Positions 28,412 through 37,899 of a stretch of DNA of 37,905 nt are shown here, in pieces. Source of the DNA: a virus (lineage: Duplodnaviria; Caudoviricetes); the IMG/VR virus record IMGVR_UViG_3300033076_000390, positions 1 to 37,905 of that record, one strand, 5' to 3'. Numbering within the stretch: the first letter of the stretch is position 1; every line of letters begins with the position of its first letter. The notes beneath the pieces are model-generated. The model saw only the letters and a list, made by a program, of their open reading frames with translations, made no database searches and had not been told where the DNA came from. Position numbers and translations under genes: made by a program.

Positions 28412-29734
28412 TTAGTTTAAATCAATTCTAGAAGCTGTAATACCGAATGTACCTGTTGAATTCATAGTAGATGTAGTATCTGATGTGAATGCAGATGAAC
28501 CCTTTGAGTGCGCAATGAAGTTGCCATCAGTTTCAATATTGAAGTTACCAGCAGTTGTGATTGTCAAATTGGAATTACATGTTAAGTTCCAATCTGCATC
28601 AGAACCAAACTCTAAACCAGATTTTGATAAGAATCTTTGTGATGCATTTGTAGAAATTGCCTGTGCACCTGCTGAGAACATTGTATATGTGTCTAGGAAA
28701 GTTAAGTCTGCTGCCCCGGTGCAAGTAAATGTGGACTTACCACCAATAGACTCTGTCTTATTATTTCCTACTAGTAATGTCTGATCAACACCAACACGTT
28801 GAATCTGGCTTTCTTTAATATTAACGTTTACGTTGCCAATTACTTCCAGATTGTCGTTCTTACTAACCTTAGTGTTACGTTCGCCATGAACCTTTAAGTT
28901 AAAATTACCACCTACTTCTAATGTGTAGTCACCTTTAACTAAATGTTTAGCGTCACCTTCGATAGTAATGTTTCTGTTTCCACGAACAAGGATATTTTCA
29001 GATCCAATGACAATCTCAAAGTTATCACCTACAACTTTTGTAGACTTTTTGCCATTTGGATAAATTTCATAGAATGTTCCAGATGGATGATACTCATGAA
29101 TACGTGTTTGCATTGGAGTATCATCATACTCACGAACAATTCCGGATTCAGATTCAAATGTATGGACGAATGGGTAATAACCACCAATTCCATTTCGTGG
29201 TTCTGGTTCTGACCAAGTGCTACGATTGTAATATGAATCTGCTTTGTCTAATTGTGTAGTATCTAGTTTTGGAGGTGTAGCAGTTTCAACACCTGATACC
29301 ATAGTTGAATAACGAGTTGCATATGCTGGTGTAGACTTCCATGTATCATAGCGCGCATTGCGTGATACGTCAGTCTCATTAAACCAACGTGGGTATTTTC
29401 CATTAGGATCTTTGAACGCTTTTAATTCTGATAGTTCTTGAGTAGACTTACTTGGCAAAGATCCCATGATAATTGGATCTTGAGCGTTTTCACCATCAGC
29501 AAAAAATCCTAAAACCCATGAACCTTCGACTAAACCGGTTGGTGTAATACCAACGCCAGAAATTGAAGCTGAATTAACAGGCATCATTACATTAGCCCAA
29601 GGTAAATCTTCAGTTCCGATTTTTGTCGTATCATCCGTGTGAATACCGAATACTCGAACACGAACACGCCCCATCTGTAGAGGATCTTCTCTATCTTCAA
29701 CTACGCCAACAAACCAATACATCGCTGACAGCAT
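28412..29734 (-). CDS. gp5: Baseplate central spike gp5 (OB-fold + beta-helix, no lysozyme domain)
   Basis: WFVGVVEDREDPLQMGRVRVRVFGIH...LPWA...GSWVLGFF.DG...QDP, YPFVH..ESESG, H.SGTF.E, VxG beta-helix repeats, terminal RIDLN. Confidence 0.9.
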   Translation of the reverse strand: MLSAMYWFVGVVEDREDPLQMGRVRVRVFGIHTDDTTKIGTEDLPWANVMMPVNSASISGVGITPTGLVEGSWVLGFFADGENAQDPIIMGSLPSKSTQELSELKAFKDPNGKYPRWFNETDVSRNARYDTWKSTPAYATRYSTMVSGVETATPPKLDTTQLDKADSYYNRSTWSEPEPRNGIGGYYPFVHTFESESGIVREYDDTPMQTRIHEYHPSGTFYEIYPNGKKSTKVVGDNFEIVIGSENILVRGNRNITIEGDAKHLVKGDYTLEVGGNFNLKVHGERNTKVSKNDNLEVIGNVNVNIKESQIQRVGVDQTLLVGNNKTESIGGKSTFTCTGAADLTFLDTYTMFSAGAQAISTNASQRFLSKSGLEFGSDADWNLTCNSNLTITTAGNFNIETDGNFIAHSKGSSAFTSDTTSTMNSTGTFGITASRIDLN

Positions 29735-30984
29735 TATTTTACCTTCTTACCCAATGATTCTTTTGCAACTTCCATGATGATATAGTATTTACCCTGTTCC
29801 ATTTTGTGGTGAATGTTCTGAACAATATACTTACCTGACATGAATTCATTAGAATTTTTAGATGTACCAACTGACGTTGGTCTATTACGTTCTACTTCAA
29901 ACTGAATAACTTTACCGACTGATAAATCCATACGACCTTTAACAGTCATTGATACTTTGATAAGTCCAATCTGACTTAAAAATGGTTCTGTTTCTAATTT
30001 TGCAAATTCAATCTCATTGTTATAGTTGTTAAGATTAGATCCAAAAGCCAATGGGTTTTTTAATCCAATAGTGTGAATAGCATCATGTTCATTGAGAGAT
30101 TTGTTATCTACTTTAAACTTATCAGTGATGTATGGAAACTTATCTAAACGTTCTTTTTTCTTAAAGTCTTTTAGATAATCATATGCAAGATTTTTATATG
30201 AACGATTTGCGTGATCTACTATATGTAAGATTTGACCAAATGCTCCACGCATAATATTCTTACCAGTGTTTGACATATTGTCGATATCATATTGTAACGC
30301 AGTATTCATCATTGCTGCTTTTTGTTCAGCATCATCTTTTGCAGTAGATCCACTACGGTGAACATACTTATTAAATACAGGTTTCTTAAAGATAGTTTCA
30401 TATGATTCAAATATAATTCCATCTTTAACTGTTTCATAAAAAGCAAATGGATATCCATTTGAACTTGTTGCGCGTTTAGTTAACCAGTCAATCGCCTTAT
30501 ATGCAGCCCAATTCGGAATAACAACTTTATAATCACCATTAGACTTTTCAATATTCTTTGATGTAGATTTTAATTCGTTCTGAACAATCTTCTTAACAAT
30601 CTCGCTAATAGGACCATTGAAAGCTTGTGATACTGTTGATAAACCACTAAGCATATACTCTGGTGTGATCAACTTTAAAACATACATCGAAGCTTGTGAA
30701 TTTCCTTTTACGTAATTTTGTACAGACGACACATAAAATTCACGCTTAATAGTCGTATTAATGTTTAGGTCTTTAATAGCAAGCTTAACTTTTTCTTGAC
30801 CAATAATAGGAATAGTCTCAATCAGATTAGCAGCATCAACAATAGAGAGCTCACACTTAATGTAAGGTGAATATAACGACTCAAAGAAACTAACACCTGT
30901 AATTAGGTCTTTAATTTCTTTTTCAACGCCAGTAGATGACGTGATAACAACTGACTCTATCGAGTATTCAAATTTAGTAGTCAT
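29734..30984 (-). CDS. Baseplate hub protein (gp27-like)
   Basis: Lies between gp53 and gp5; FESL.SP.I...L.I.D...PIIGQE, F.FYET..G..F.S, SGKYIV..IHH. Confidence 0.65.
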   Translation of the reverse strand: MTTKFEYSIESVVITSSTGVEKEIKDLITGVSFFESLYSPYIKCELSIVDAANLIETIPIIGQEKVKLAIKDLNINTTIKREFYVSSVQNYVKGNSQASMYVLKLITPEYMLSGLSTVSQAFNGPISEIVKKIVQNELKSTSKNIEKSNGDYKVVIPNWAAYKAIDWLTKRATSSNGYPFAFYETVKDGIIFESYETIFKKPVFNKYVHRSGSTAKDDAEQKAAMMNTALQYDIDNMSNTGKNIMRGAFGQILHIVDHANRSYKNLAYDYLKDFKKKERLDKFPYITDKFKVDNKSLNEHDAIHTIGLKNPLAFGSNLNNYNNEIEFAKLETEPFLSQIGLIKVSMTVKGRMDLSVGKVIQFEVERNRPTSVGTSKNSNEFMSGKYIVQNIHHKMEQGKYYIIMEVAKESLGKKVK

Positions 30985-31706
30985 TAAGCTTCTTCAGTTT
31001 TAATCTGTTCAATGAATTGATCTGCAATTGATTGTATGTATTGAGGACGAATAATCTTAATCTTCGTCTTAGCATCATTTAAGTTGAACTCATGTTCTTC
31101 ATTGCTAATAGGCGTTGCACCAACGGTAGATTTAATAACATGATCACCTCTAGCATTTTCATAATGGTGTGGTGTATCTTTCCAATATGCTTCACCACTG
31201 ATAATAACATATTCATTAGTAGCAATGTCACGAACAATTTCATTAGGAACAAATGTTCCACTAATAACTTCGATACGCATAATCCCCAAGTTAGGGTCTT
31301 TATCGATTAATTTAGCTTGTGCGCCAGACACAAGGCCAGCAATTCTATTGCCCTTTACAAACTTTGTAGAAATGTCTTCGTTAGTTGTTAAAACTACGCC
31401 AGGATATTTTTTGTCTACTAAGTGTTGAAGCTCTGTTGTGCCTAATGGCCAATCGGTGTGAATATTAACTAAGTTATCATTAACCATAAAGAACGTCCAA
31501 TAGTAATCAGGAGTTCCATACAGTTTAGTTGATACGATATCAGGACGTTCTCCGTCTTGAATATTATAGAACGTATAGAATGTAACGTCGTCTTTGAATT
31601 GTTTCTTAACTTTAACAACTCTGAATAGATCTACTACTTCGCTTTTCTGATTATCGAAAAATAGATCATACTGAGTAGTAGGAAAATTAGTAAAGTATTG
31701 TGACAT
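30984..31706 (-). CDS. gp53: Baseplate wedge protein gp53
   Basis: YFTNFP...Y, LysM-like YNIQDGERPDIVSTKLYG.PDYYW, WPL, HHYE, IKIIRP. Confidence 0.85.
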   Translation of the reverse strand: MSQYFTNFPTTQYDLFFDNQKSEVVDLFRVVKVKKQFKDDVTFYTFYNIQDGERPDIVSTKLYGTPDYYWTFFMVNDNLVNIHTDWPLGTTELQHLVDKKYPGVVLTTNEDISTKFVKGNRIAGLVSGAQAKLIDKDPNLGIMRIEVISGTFVPNEIVRDIATNEYVIISGEAYWKDTPHHYENARGDHVIKSTVGATPISNEEHEFNLNDAKTKIKIIRPQYIQSIADQFIEQIKTEEA

Positions 31707-31709
31707 ACA

Positions 31710-32621
31710 TTAATATCCGTTCTTGATATCTTCTCTTGATAGAGCTTTTGTTTCTTGGAATGTCAATGATAGATCGATCTCTGATGGCATACCATCTTCA
31801 AAGAAACTTGGTGATGTTGGGTTATAGTTTACAGAGATGGAAGTTAAGTATGCTCTACCTAATTTAATTAGATTCTTGTTTTCACGACCTGATGAAAGAT
31901 ACTTAATTTCAAATACATCAGGGAATGTATATGTAGACATACTTAATGATTTAGACAAGCCAGATTTTGCATCGGCTTCCAGTGTTCCAGGTCCTAAAGA
32001 AGGATATGCAGCTAGTCGGAAGAACTGAACGATCTTAATGATCTCTTTTGCTTCGGCTTTAGTACGTGGAATCAACTTAAATGAGAAGTTGAATTGACGA
32101 AGTGCAGGTGATCTAAACAACATCTGTGTGTGAGGGTTAACTACTTCACCACGATTAATTAATAGTTGTCCGGCAGCACCACCAACTAAACCTTTTTCTT
32201 GAGATGCAGCTGCAAGCTTTTGCGAAATAAATCTATCAGCTAATTGTGGAGAGTCTGCAGCAACTTGTTTTAAGAACTCACCTGTTGTAGCTGAGTTCTG
32301 ATATGAATTAACAAGCATACCGCCGATACCAGTGTCTGTGTTATCATATGATAAGTTATCATTAACAGTTAGTGCACCAGGCATATATAAACTTACAGAA
32401 CCAAGTGTAGAAGCTACAAACTCTGGTGCTGCAATGAATTTATCTGTCTTGCTATTTTTAGGTGCTCGAGCAATAGCTGTGAACTTTACAATGTTCTGGT
32501 ACTTTTGCTGGTCGCCTAGAGGATAACGAAGACTAACCTTACTTCCACCAAATACTTGGGAGAAAGCAGAAGCTACTTCTGACAGTGCTGAGTTGATTAG
32601 ACCTGTTAAATTATCAAGCAT
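31710..32621 (-). CDS. gp48: Baseplate tail-tube cap gp48
   Basis: LRYP, LYMP, NPH..MLF..P.LRQFNFSFKLIPR...EA..I..I..FFR, VNY.P, L.F.E. Confidence 0.8.
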   Translation of the reverse strand: MLDNLTGLINSALSEVASAFSQVFGGSKVSLRYPLGDQQKYQNIVKFTAIARAPKNSKTDKFIAAPEFVASTLGSVSLYMPGALTVNDNLSYDNTDTGIGGMLVNSYQNSATTGEFLKQVAADSPQLADRFISQKLAAASQEKGLVGGAAGQLLINRGEVVNPHTQMLFRSPALRQFNFSFKLIPRTKAEAKEIIKIVQFFRLAAYPSLGPGTLEADAKSGLSKSLSMSTYTFPDVFEIKYLSSGRENKNLIKLGRAYLTSISVNYNPTSPSFFEDGMPSEIDLSLTFQETKALSREDIKNGY

Positions 32622-32654
32622 GAAGATCTCTTTTTGAATAGATACGGACCTACT

Positions 32655-32662
32655 TATTTATA
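32655..32662 (-). promoter_or_regulatory. T4-type late promoter TATAAATA driving the leftward baseplate operon
   Basis: Exact consensus at the gp48/gp4 divergence, overlapping the gp4 start codon. Confidence 0.8.
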
Positions 32663-33102
32663 TGGCAACCTATAGCGGTTTCTTTAAACCTAAAAATCCA
32701 GCAAAGTACGCTGGAGATTACAAAAACATCATCTATCGCTCGCTTTGGGAAAGAAATGTATTCCGTTGGTGTGATGAGCATCCAGACGTACTAAAGTGGG
32801 GAAGCGAAGAGGTAGTTGTACCATATTATTATCCTTTAGACAAAAAATACCATCGCTACTTTGTAGACTTAAAGATAGTCACAGCCCAAGGAACATATCT
32901 TATCGAGATTAAACCTAAAGCACAGACTAAGGCTCCTAAAAAACCTAGTCGTCAGACTAAAAGATACCTTACAGAAGCAGCAACCTTTGTTAAGAATCAA
33001 TGTAAGTGGAAGGCTGCTGAGTCATATGCTAAAGATCGAGGATGGGAATTCCACATCTGGACTGAAGATACAATTAAATCTATGGGCATCCGAATTCTCT
33101 AA
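32662..33102 (+). CDS. gp4: Head completion nuclease gp4
   Basis: YSG.FKPKNP.KY.GD...I.YRS.WE...WCD...W.SEE..VPY...HRYFVD...EIKP..QT, N..KW.AA. Confidence 0.92.
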   Translation: MATYSGFFKPKNPAKYAGDYKNIIYRSLWERNVFRWCDEHPDVLKWGSEEVVVPYYYPLDKKYHRYFVDLKIVTAQGTYLIEIKPKAQTKAPKKPSRQTKRYLTEAATFVKNQCKWKAAESYAKDRGWEFHIWTEDTIKSMGIRIL

Positions 33103-33108
33103 TAAATA
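33102..33108 (+). promoter_or_regulatory. Late promoter core (TA)ATAAATA, 5 nt before the gp2 ATG
   Basis: TAATAAATA-GAGAT-ATG. Confidence 0.6.
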
Positions 33109-33113
33109 GAGAT

Positions 33114-33710
33114 ATGGCAAAATCTTTATTTGACAAAATTCAAGGCGAACTTAAAGGTGCTGGAATAGCATCTTATACTCGTGAATCACAAAAGTGGTTT
33201 ACTGATCGTGTAAGATCTATTGGCAGAATCAATGAGGTTAACTTCCTCAAAGATCCTAACCTAGTTCGTAAGAACAAATTCTTTCCTGGATACATGTACC
33301 ATTTTGTATATGATCCAAAAGGGAAAGAAACGCTTCCATACTATGATACGTTCCCATTAATCATCGCGGTTGCTCCGGCACCTGGTGGATTCTATGGATT
33401 GAACCTTCACTATATTAATCCATTGACACGTGCTTTGTTCTTAGATAAACTTATGGACATTGCTAATAAGACTGAGTTCGATGAGAAGAAACGCTTCAGA
33501 CTGAACTATAGTCTATTATCTGCAAGCAAAAGATTTAAAGAATTTGAGCCATGCTTTAAGCATTACCTTACACAACACATTAACTCTAGAATCATGCTAG
33601 TCCCATCTCAAGAATGGGAAACAGCAATCTTCTTACCAACTGAACGTTTTGAGAACGCCAATAAGAAGCAAGTCTGGAGACAATCTAAGAATAAGATTCT
33701 AGGAATATGA
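33114..33710 (+). CDS. gp2: DNA end protector protein gp2
   Basis: G.MY.F.YDPK.KETLPYYD.FPL...GFYGLNLHY...R, CFKHYL, W..A..LP.E.F. Confidence 0.92.
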   Translation: MAKSLFDKIQGELKGAGIASYTRESQKWFTDRVRSIGRINEVNFLKDPNLVRKNKFFPGYMYHFVYDPKGKETLPYYDTFPLIIAVAPAPGGFYGLNLHYINPLTRALFLDKLMDIANKTEFDEKKRFRLNYSLLSASKRFKEFEPCFKHYLTQHINSRIMLVPSQEWETAIFLPTERFENANKKQVWRQSKNKILGI

Positions 33711-34351
33711 ACGTAGATAATTTTAAATCGCTCATTAGTAAAAGAGGTGGATTAGCACCAGGCAACAGATACGCCGTGTATATGCCACTGCCTTTGATCA
33801 GCTTTGATCCACAAGAACTAATTGCTAAGGCGTTCAATCAAGGTCCTAACACTGGAAATAACTTCTTCCAAGATCCACGAGATGTTTCTATTCTCTGTGA
33901 TCAAGTAACTATGCCAGGTCGTCAAATCTCTACGACTGAAGTTCAAAACAATATGCTTGGCTTGAAGTTACCATATAACTACATGAACGACGATGTTCAA
34001 ATGCAGTTCCATATTACCAACGATCATTACATGAAGAAGTTCTTTGAGAACTGGACTGGTCGTATTATCAATAAGCGTAATCTAACATTAAGATATCGTT
34101 CATCCTACGCTACAGATATTATCATTCAACAACTGGATCAACGTGATATTCCAGTTTATACATGCACATTAAAGAATGCGTACCCAACGACTGTTGCAAG
34201 TTACGACTTGGCAAACGCATCAGAAAGTACTACTCAGAAACTATCAGTTACATTTACATATGAAGACTGGTCTGAGGAAGGATTCGTTGAATCAGTTCTT
34301 TCAAAGGGCAAGGTTCTACTTGGCTCTGTTGGAAGAACGCTTGGCTTATAA
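33707..34351 (+). CDS. Tail-tube initiator (gp54 / gp19-like fold)
   Basis: GGLA..NRY, C....MPG, FFE.W, I.QLD, L.NAYP, V.F.Y..W. Confidence 0.7.
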   Translation: MNVDNFKSLISKRGGLAPGNRYAVYMPLPLISFDPQELIAKAFNQGPNTGNNFFQDPRDVSILCDQVTMPGRQISTTEVQNNMLGLKLPYNYMNDDVQMQFHITNDHYMKKFFENWTGRIINKRNLTLRYRSSYATDIIIQQLDQRDIPVYTCTLKNAYPTTVASYDLANASESTTQKLSVTFTYEDWSEEGFVESVLSKGKVLLGSVGRTLGL

Positions 34352-34368
34352 CATTATTGAGGAATATT

Positions 34369-35076
34369 ATGGCTTTACCTATTTTAAACACACCACGATT
34401 TGAACTTGAGTTACCTATTAGCAAGAAGTCTATCTCGTATAGACCATTCTTAGTTAAGGAAGAGAAAGTTCTTCTAATGGCTTTAGAGTCTCAGGACCAA
34501 AAGCAGATTATGAGAGCTATGCATGATATCATCGATTCATGTACATTTGGAGAAGTGAAGGCTAAGCAACTTCCGGTTGCTGAGTTAGAATGGATCTTCC
34601 TTAAGCTAAGATCTAAATCAGTTGGTGAGACATCCCACATTGGTATCAAGTGTGAATCATGTGGTGAAACACATGAGACGGATGTTAACCTAGAAGAAAT
34701 TGTATTGGATGCTAACAATATCGTAAGCAACAAGATCATGTTGACCGACAAAGTTGGCGTTATCATGAAGTATCCAAGCTCAGAGGACGTTCTTAAGAAT
34801 ATCGATTCTAAGAAGTCCGATGTTGAGAATAGCTATGCGGTTATCGCAGCTTGTCTTGATAAGATCTTTGATACAGATAACGTATATGATGTAGCAGCAC
34901 AAACAAAACAAGAAGTACAAGAGTTTATTGATTCATTGAACAAACAACAGTTCGAGAAGATCAAAGACTTCTTTGATAAACTACCAAAATTGAAATACCC
35001 AATCGGGTTTAACTGCGCAAAGTGTGGCCATGCAAATGATGTTACACTTGAAGGTATGGAAAGTTTTTTCGCGTAG
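34369..35076 (+). CDS. gp26: Baseplate hub assembly protein gp26
   Basis: MALP....P...L.LP...I.YRPFLVKEEK.LL.A.ES, FL.LR.KSVGE, two CxxC pairs, terminal LEG.ESFF. GAGG ribosome-binding site before the ATG at 34369. Confidence 0.88.
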   Translation: MALPILNTPRFELELPISKKSISYRPFLVKEEKVLLMALESQDQKQIMRAMHDIIDSCTFGEVKAKQLPVAELEWIFLKLRSKSVGETSHIGIKCESCGETHETDVNLEEIVLDANNIVSNKIMLTDKVGVIMKYPSSEDVLKNIDSKKSDVENSYAVIAACLDKIFDTDNVYDVAAQTKQEVQEFIDSLNKQQFEKIKDFFDKLPKLKYPIGFNCAKCGHANDVTLEGMESFFA

Positions 35077-35093
35077 CTCTCTCACACGATAGC

Positions 35094-35261
35094 TTGGAAA
35101 ATTACTACCGAGCTAACTTTATCATGATGCAGCATCACAAGTATAGCTTAACTGAATTAGATGAGATGTTGCCGTGGGAGAGAGAAATCTATATCGCTAT
35201 GTTGGTAGAACATGTCAAAGAAGAGAACGAACGAATAAAGAAACTTAATAGTAAGCACTAA
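35094..35261 (+). CDS. gp51: gp51-like baseplate assembly protein (absent from the ORF track; possibly made as a -1 frameshift extension of gp26)
   Basis: Manual translation gives LENYYRANFIMMQHHKYSLTELDEMLPWEREIYIAMLVEHVKEENERIKKLNSKH*. The frame is open from 35052, and the only starts (TTG 35094, ATG 35124) lack a clear SD sequence. Confidence 0.8.
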   Translation: MENYYRANFIMMQHHKYSLTELDEMLPWEREIYIAMLVEHVKEENERIKKLNSKH

Positions 35262-35269
35262 GGGTTATT

Positions 35270-36802
35270 ATGGCCAAGAACAAAAAGACAGTAAGTTCGA
35301 CTGGAGGAGAGAGTTCACTAAGAACTCTCGTAGCTCAGTTAAAACAAGAATCCATTGATAATGGAGATCTTATTGTCGCCTCTAACTTTATCCTATCAAA
35401 CATCTCTAATAACATTGCAGACATGACTGAGCATATCCTCAAGATGCCGGTTATTATGGCTACAGCTACTGCGCCAGCACCATTGGTTGCTAAGGAGAAG
35501 GATGCTGAGAATCTAAAAGAGACTGAGAAGGATAACAAAAGAGAAGACAAGATCTCTACTACATTGGATAACAGTCTTACAGAACTTAAGGAACTTCGTA
35601 AGGATCTTAAGAAGGGTGGTCTATTAGATCTACTCCTGGCAGGTGCTGCGATCCTAGGTGGTTCTGTTCTTGGTATTGCTCAACAATATCTAAACGTATT
35701 CTCTAAGATCTTCAAACCAGTTCTTCAGTTATTCGAAGGTGATGGTAAGACTTGGGGTAAGATGATGGACCGAGTTCGTGATGGATGGAAATCCTTCACT
35801 AGTCTATTCACTAAGCTGGGTAACTGGTTTATGGAAGGTAAGACAGGCTCAGTCATCAATAAGGGTATTGAGATCTTTAAGAGTATCGGCAATATGTTTG
35901 GTAAGGTTGTCGAATACTTCAAGTCAGTTGGCAATCTAATCGCCGAAGCTTGGGCTGGTATCAATGCAGTATTTGGATCTAAAGAGGGTGGCTTTATTGG
36001 AAAGATCGTCAACTTCTTTAAAGGTATTGGCGATAAGTTTAAGTACTTCTTTAAGTTAGGCGTTCAGATCGGTAAGAAGATCCTATTCCCAATCATCACT
36101 CTATATGATACAATCATGGGTGCATTGGAAGGATACGAGAAGGAAGGTGTCTTTGGCGCGATCAAAGGTGCTATCGCCGGCTTCATTAACTCAATCATTG
36201 GTGGTCTATTAGATCTAGTCAAGGACGGAGTGTCTTGGTTACTTAATCTTCTTGGATTCGAGAATGCCAGCAAGTTCCTCGACTCATTCTCATTCCAAGA
36301 GTTGATTGAGAAAGCAGTTGATGGATTCTTTAACTTCGTCAAGGGTATGTTCGACTTCGTAGTGGATGTATTCACAAATCCAGGTAAGGCGATGGAGAAG
36401 CTTGCTGAGATGGGTAATATGGCGAGTGAGGGATTGAAGAAGCTTCTACGTACTCTTCTACCAAATCCAGCGGGTGGTACTGCGGAAAAGATCGCATCTA
36501 AGTTGATTCCTGACAGTGTCTACGAATTTGCCGGAATGGATCCAAAGACAGGTGCTGTAGTACAACAGACCGCTGATACAGGTGTAGCTACCAAGGCGCT
36601 GCAGGGAACTACGAATGAGAATACAGCAGTCAAAGCAGAAGCAGCTGCCAAGACCGCGATGGCCGGAGCAGCTGCAAGCATGTCTAACAGTAGTTCTCAG
36701 GTAGTCAATAACAATACTACTCAGGCGGCTATTATTAGAAGTAAGGCAACGAACTGGGATCCTGAAGATCAGTGGGCGAGAGGCTTAGCTTACGGAGCCT
36801 AA
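35270..36802 (+). CDS. Tape-measure-like / baseplate hub protein (gp29-like)
   Basis: 510 aa, helical, with periodic F/W, G and K amphipathic repeats and a C-terminal VVNNN motif; follows gp26-gp51. Confidence 0.65.
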   Translation: MAKNKKTVSSTGGESSLRTLVAQLKQESIDNGDLIVASNFILSNISNNIADMTEHILKMPVIMATATAPAPLVAKEKDAENLKETEKDNKREDKISTTLDNSLTELKELRKDLKKGGLLDLLLAGAAILGGSVLGIAQQYLNVFSKIFKPVLQLFEGDGKTWGKMMDRVRDGWKSFTSLFTKLGNWFMEGKTGSVINKGIEIFKSIGNMFGKVVEYFKSVGNLIAEAWAGINAVFGSKEGGFIGKIVNFFKGIGDKFKYFFKLGVQIGKKILFPIITLYDTIMGALEGYEKEGVFGAIKGAIAGFINSIIGGLLDLVKDGVSWLLNLLGFENASKFLDSFSFQELIEKAVDGFFNFVKGMFDFVVDVFTNPGKAMEKLAEMGNMASEGLKKLLRTLLPNPAGGTAEKIASKLIPDSVYEFAGMDPKTGAVVQQTADTGVATKALQGTTNENTAVKAEAAAKTAMAGAAASMSNSSSQVVNNNTTQAAIIRSKATNWDPEDQWARGLAYGA

Positions 36803-37020
36803 CGAGTAGTCCACGGACTATACTTCTGGTATTCCTTCAAATTGGTCTCCTTAATGGAGACCTTTTTCGTTATAGACAACGATCTTTCAAAGTCGAGCCA
36901 CGACTTAAGGTTATATCCACGGGCAGGGACCTTGTGCTTGAATCCACCTTGATTCTCAATCGTCAGCACGAAGAACGCATCCCTGTTAACTTTATTCTCT
37001 GGGTAGCCGACGACTATCAT
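36799..37020 (-). CDS. Hypothetical protein (probable early gene)
   Basis: 73-aa ORF with an ATGA overlap to the upstream gene; converges on the tape-measure-like gene. Confidence 0.6.
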   Translation of the reverse strand: MIVVGYPENKVNRDAFFVLTIENQGGFKHKVPARGYNLKSWLDFERSLSITKKVSIKETNLKEYQKYSPWTTR

Positions 37021-37220
37021 GCTGCTCCAAAGAATAGTACATCACCTGCTTCCTTAGGATATCTTGCTCCCCAGTCGGCGATTCGCTCTTTATCTAGATC
37101 CTCGGACAGGCCAGGAACCGTACCGATAAAGTATTTGATACCCTCGAACTCGTCCTCACAGCGTACGATACCTACACAACCTGTACCGCCGGTAAACCAC
37201 ATTGCATCTAGAATCTTCAT
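37017..37220 (-). CDS. Hypothetical protein (probable early gene)
   Basis: 67-aa ORF with an AGGTGAG-type ribosome-binding site. Confidence 0.65.
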   Translation of the reverse strand: MKILDAMWFTGGTGCVGIVRCEDEFEGIKYFIGTVPGLSEDLDKERIADWGARYPKEAGDVLFFGAA

Positions 37221-37385
37221 TCTCTCACCTTCTCATTCATCTTTCCAAGTTCAATCATACAGATCCTCCACACCCGCGGGCTTACTACACTTAAGACAGC
37301 CAGGAGGCTGGAGGCCAGTAGTAGACACAGTCTAATATAGATCGCATCCGTCAGATCATTGAATCCCTTTAGAATAGTTACCATA

Positions 37386-37832
37386 TTACTCCACCTCTAC
37401 CATGAAGCACGTCTTACTCTTAAACTTACGGTAGGCAAGCACCAGAAAGCCAGGAGCTTGTTTCTTCCGTTCGTGCCTATTCTTATAGCGGATATCGGAG
37501 ATCTTCTCCTTGGTCTTCTGTAGGAGAACACATATAGTAACAATAAGAGTCATAATCACTATAATAGTCCAGAATACTCCCGTAGCCTCAGATAACGTAT
37601 AACCAAGGAATAACCAACCAATCAGATTACCAATAGTATAACCAACGAAGGATACAATACCAATACCACCGAATACCAACAGAGATAACTTAAACAACCC
37701 TAGTAGTACTCTCCGAATATAACTACAGATGTCCGTACGATCACCAGCCTCTAGTTTATCCCATTGATTAGCCAGACCAAAGTTAGCTAGGAATAGATGC
37801 CAACTCGTAGAACTCAACTTATGTGCTTCCAT
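37386..37832 (-). CDS. Hypothetical membrane protein (probable early gene)
   Basis: Two to three hydrophobic segments followed by a basic tail; GAGG ribosome-binding site; promoter upstream. Confidence 0.75.
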   Translation of the reverse strand: MEAHKLSSTSWHLFLANFGLANQWDKLEAGDRTDICSYIRRVLLGLFKLSLLVFGGIGIVSFVGYTIGNLIGWLFLGYTLSEATGVFWTIIVIMTLIVTICVLLQKTKEKISDIRYKNRHERKKQAPGFLVLAYRKFKSKTCFMVEVE

Positions 37833-37870
37833 ACTATATTCCTCTATTATATTAAAACCACCATAGTTAA

Positions 37871-37899
37871 ATTATATCAACCAGAAAGCTCGCTGTACA
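37871..37899 (-). promoter_or_regulatory. Early (sigma70-type) promoter
   Basis: Minus strand reads TGTACA, 17 bp, TATAAT, upstream of a gene with a strong ribosome-binding site. Confidence 0.7.

Noticed and set aside
2908-32526. Many short plus-strand ORFs and alternate-frame minus-strand ORFs in the track
   Set aside because: They lie within long genes that have clear motifs, show no motifs of their own, and are expected as shadows of biased codon usage.
36772-37335. Plus-strand 187-aa ORF
   Set aside because: It overlaps two coupled minus-strand genes that have ribosome-binding sites, and its Ser/Pro/Arg-rich composition is typical of a shadow frame.
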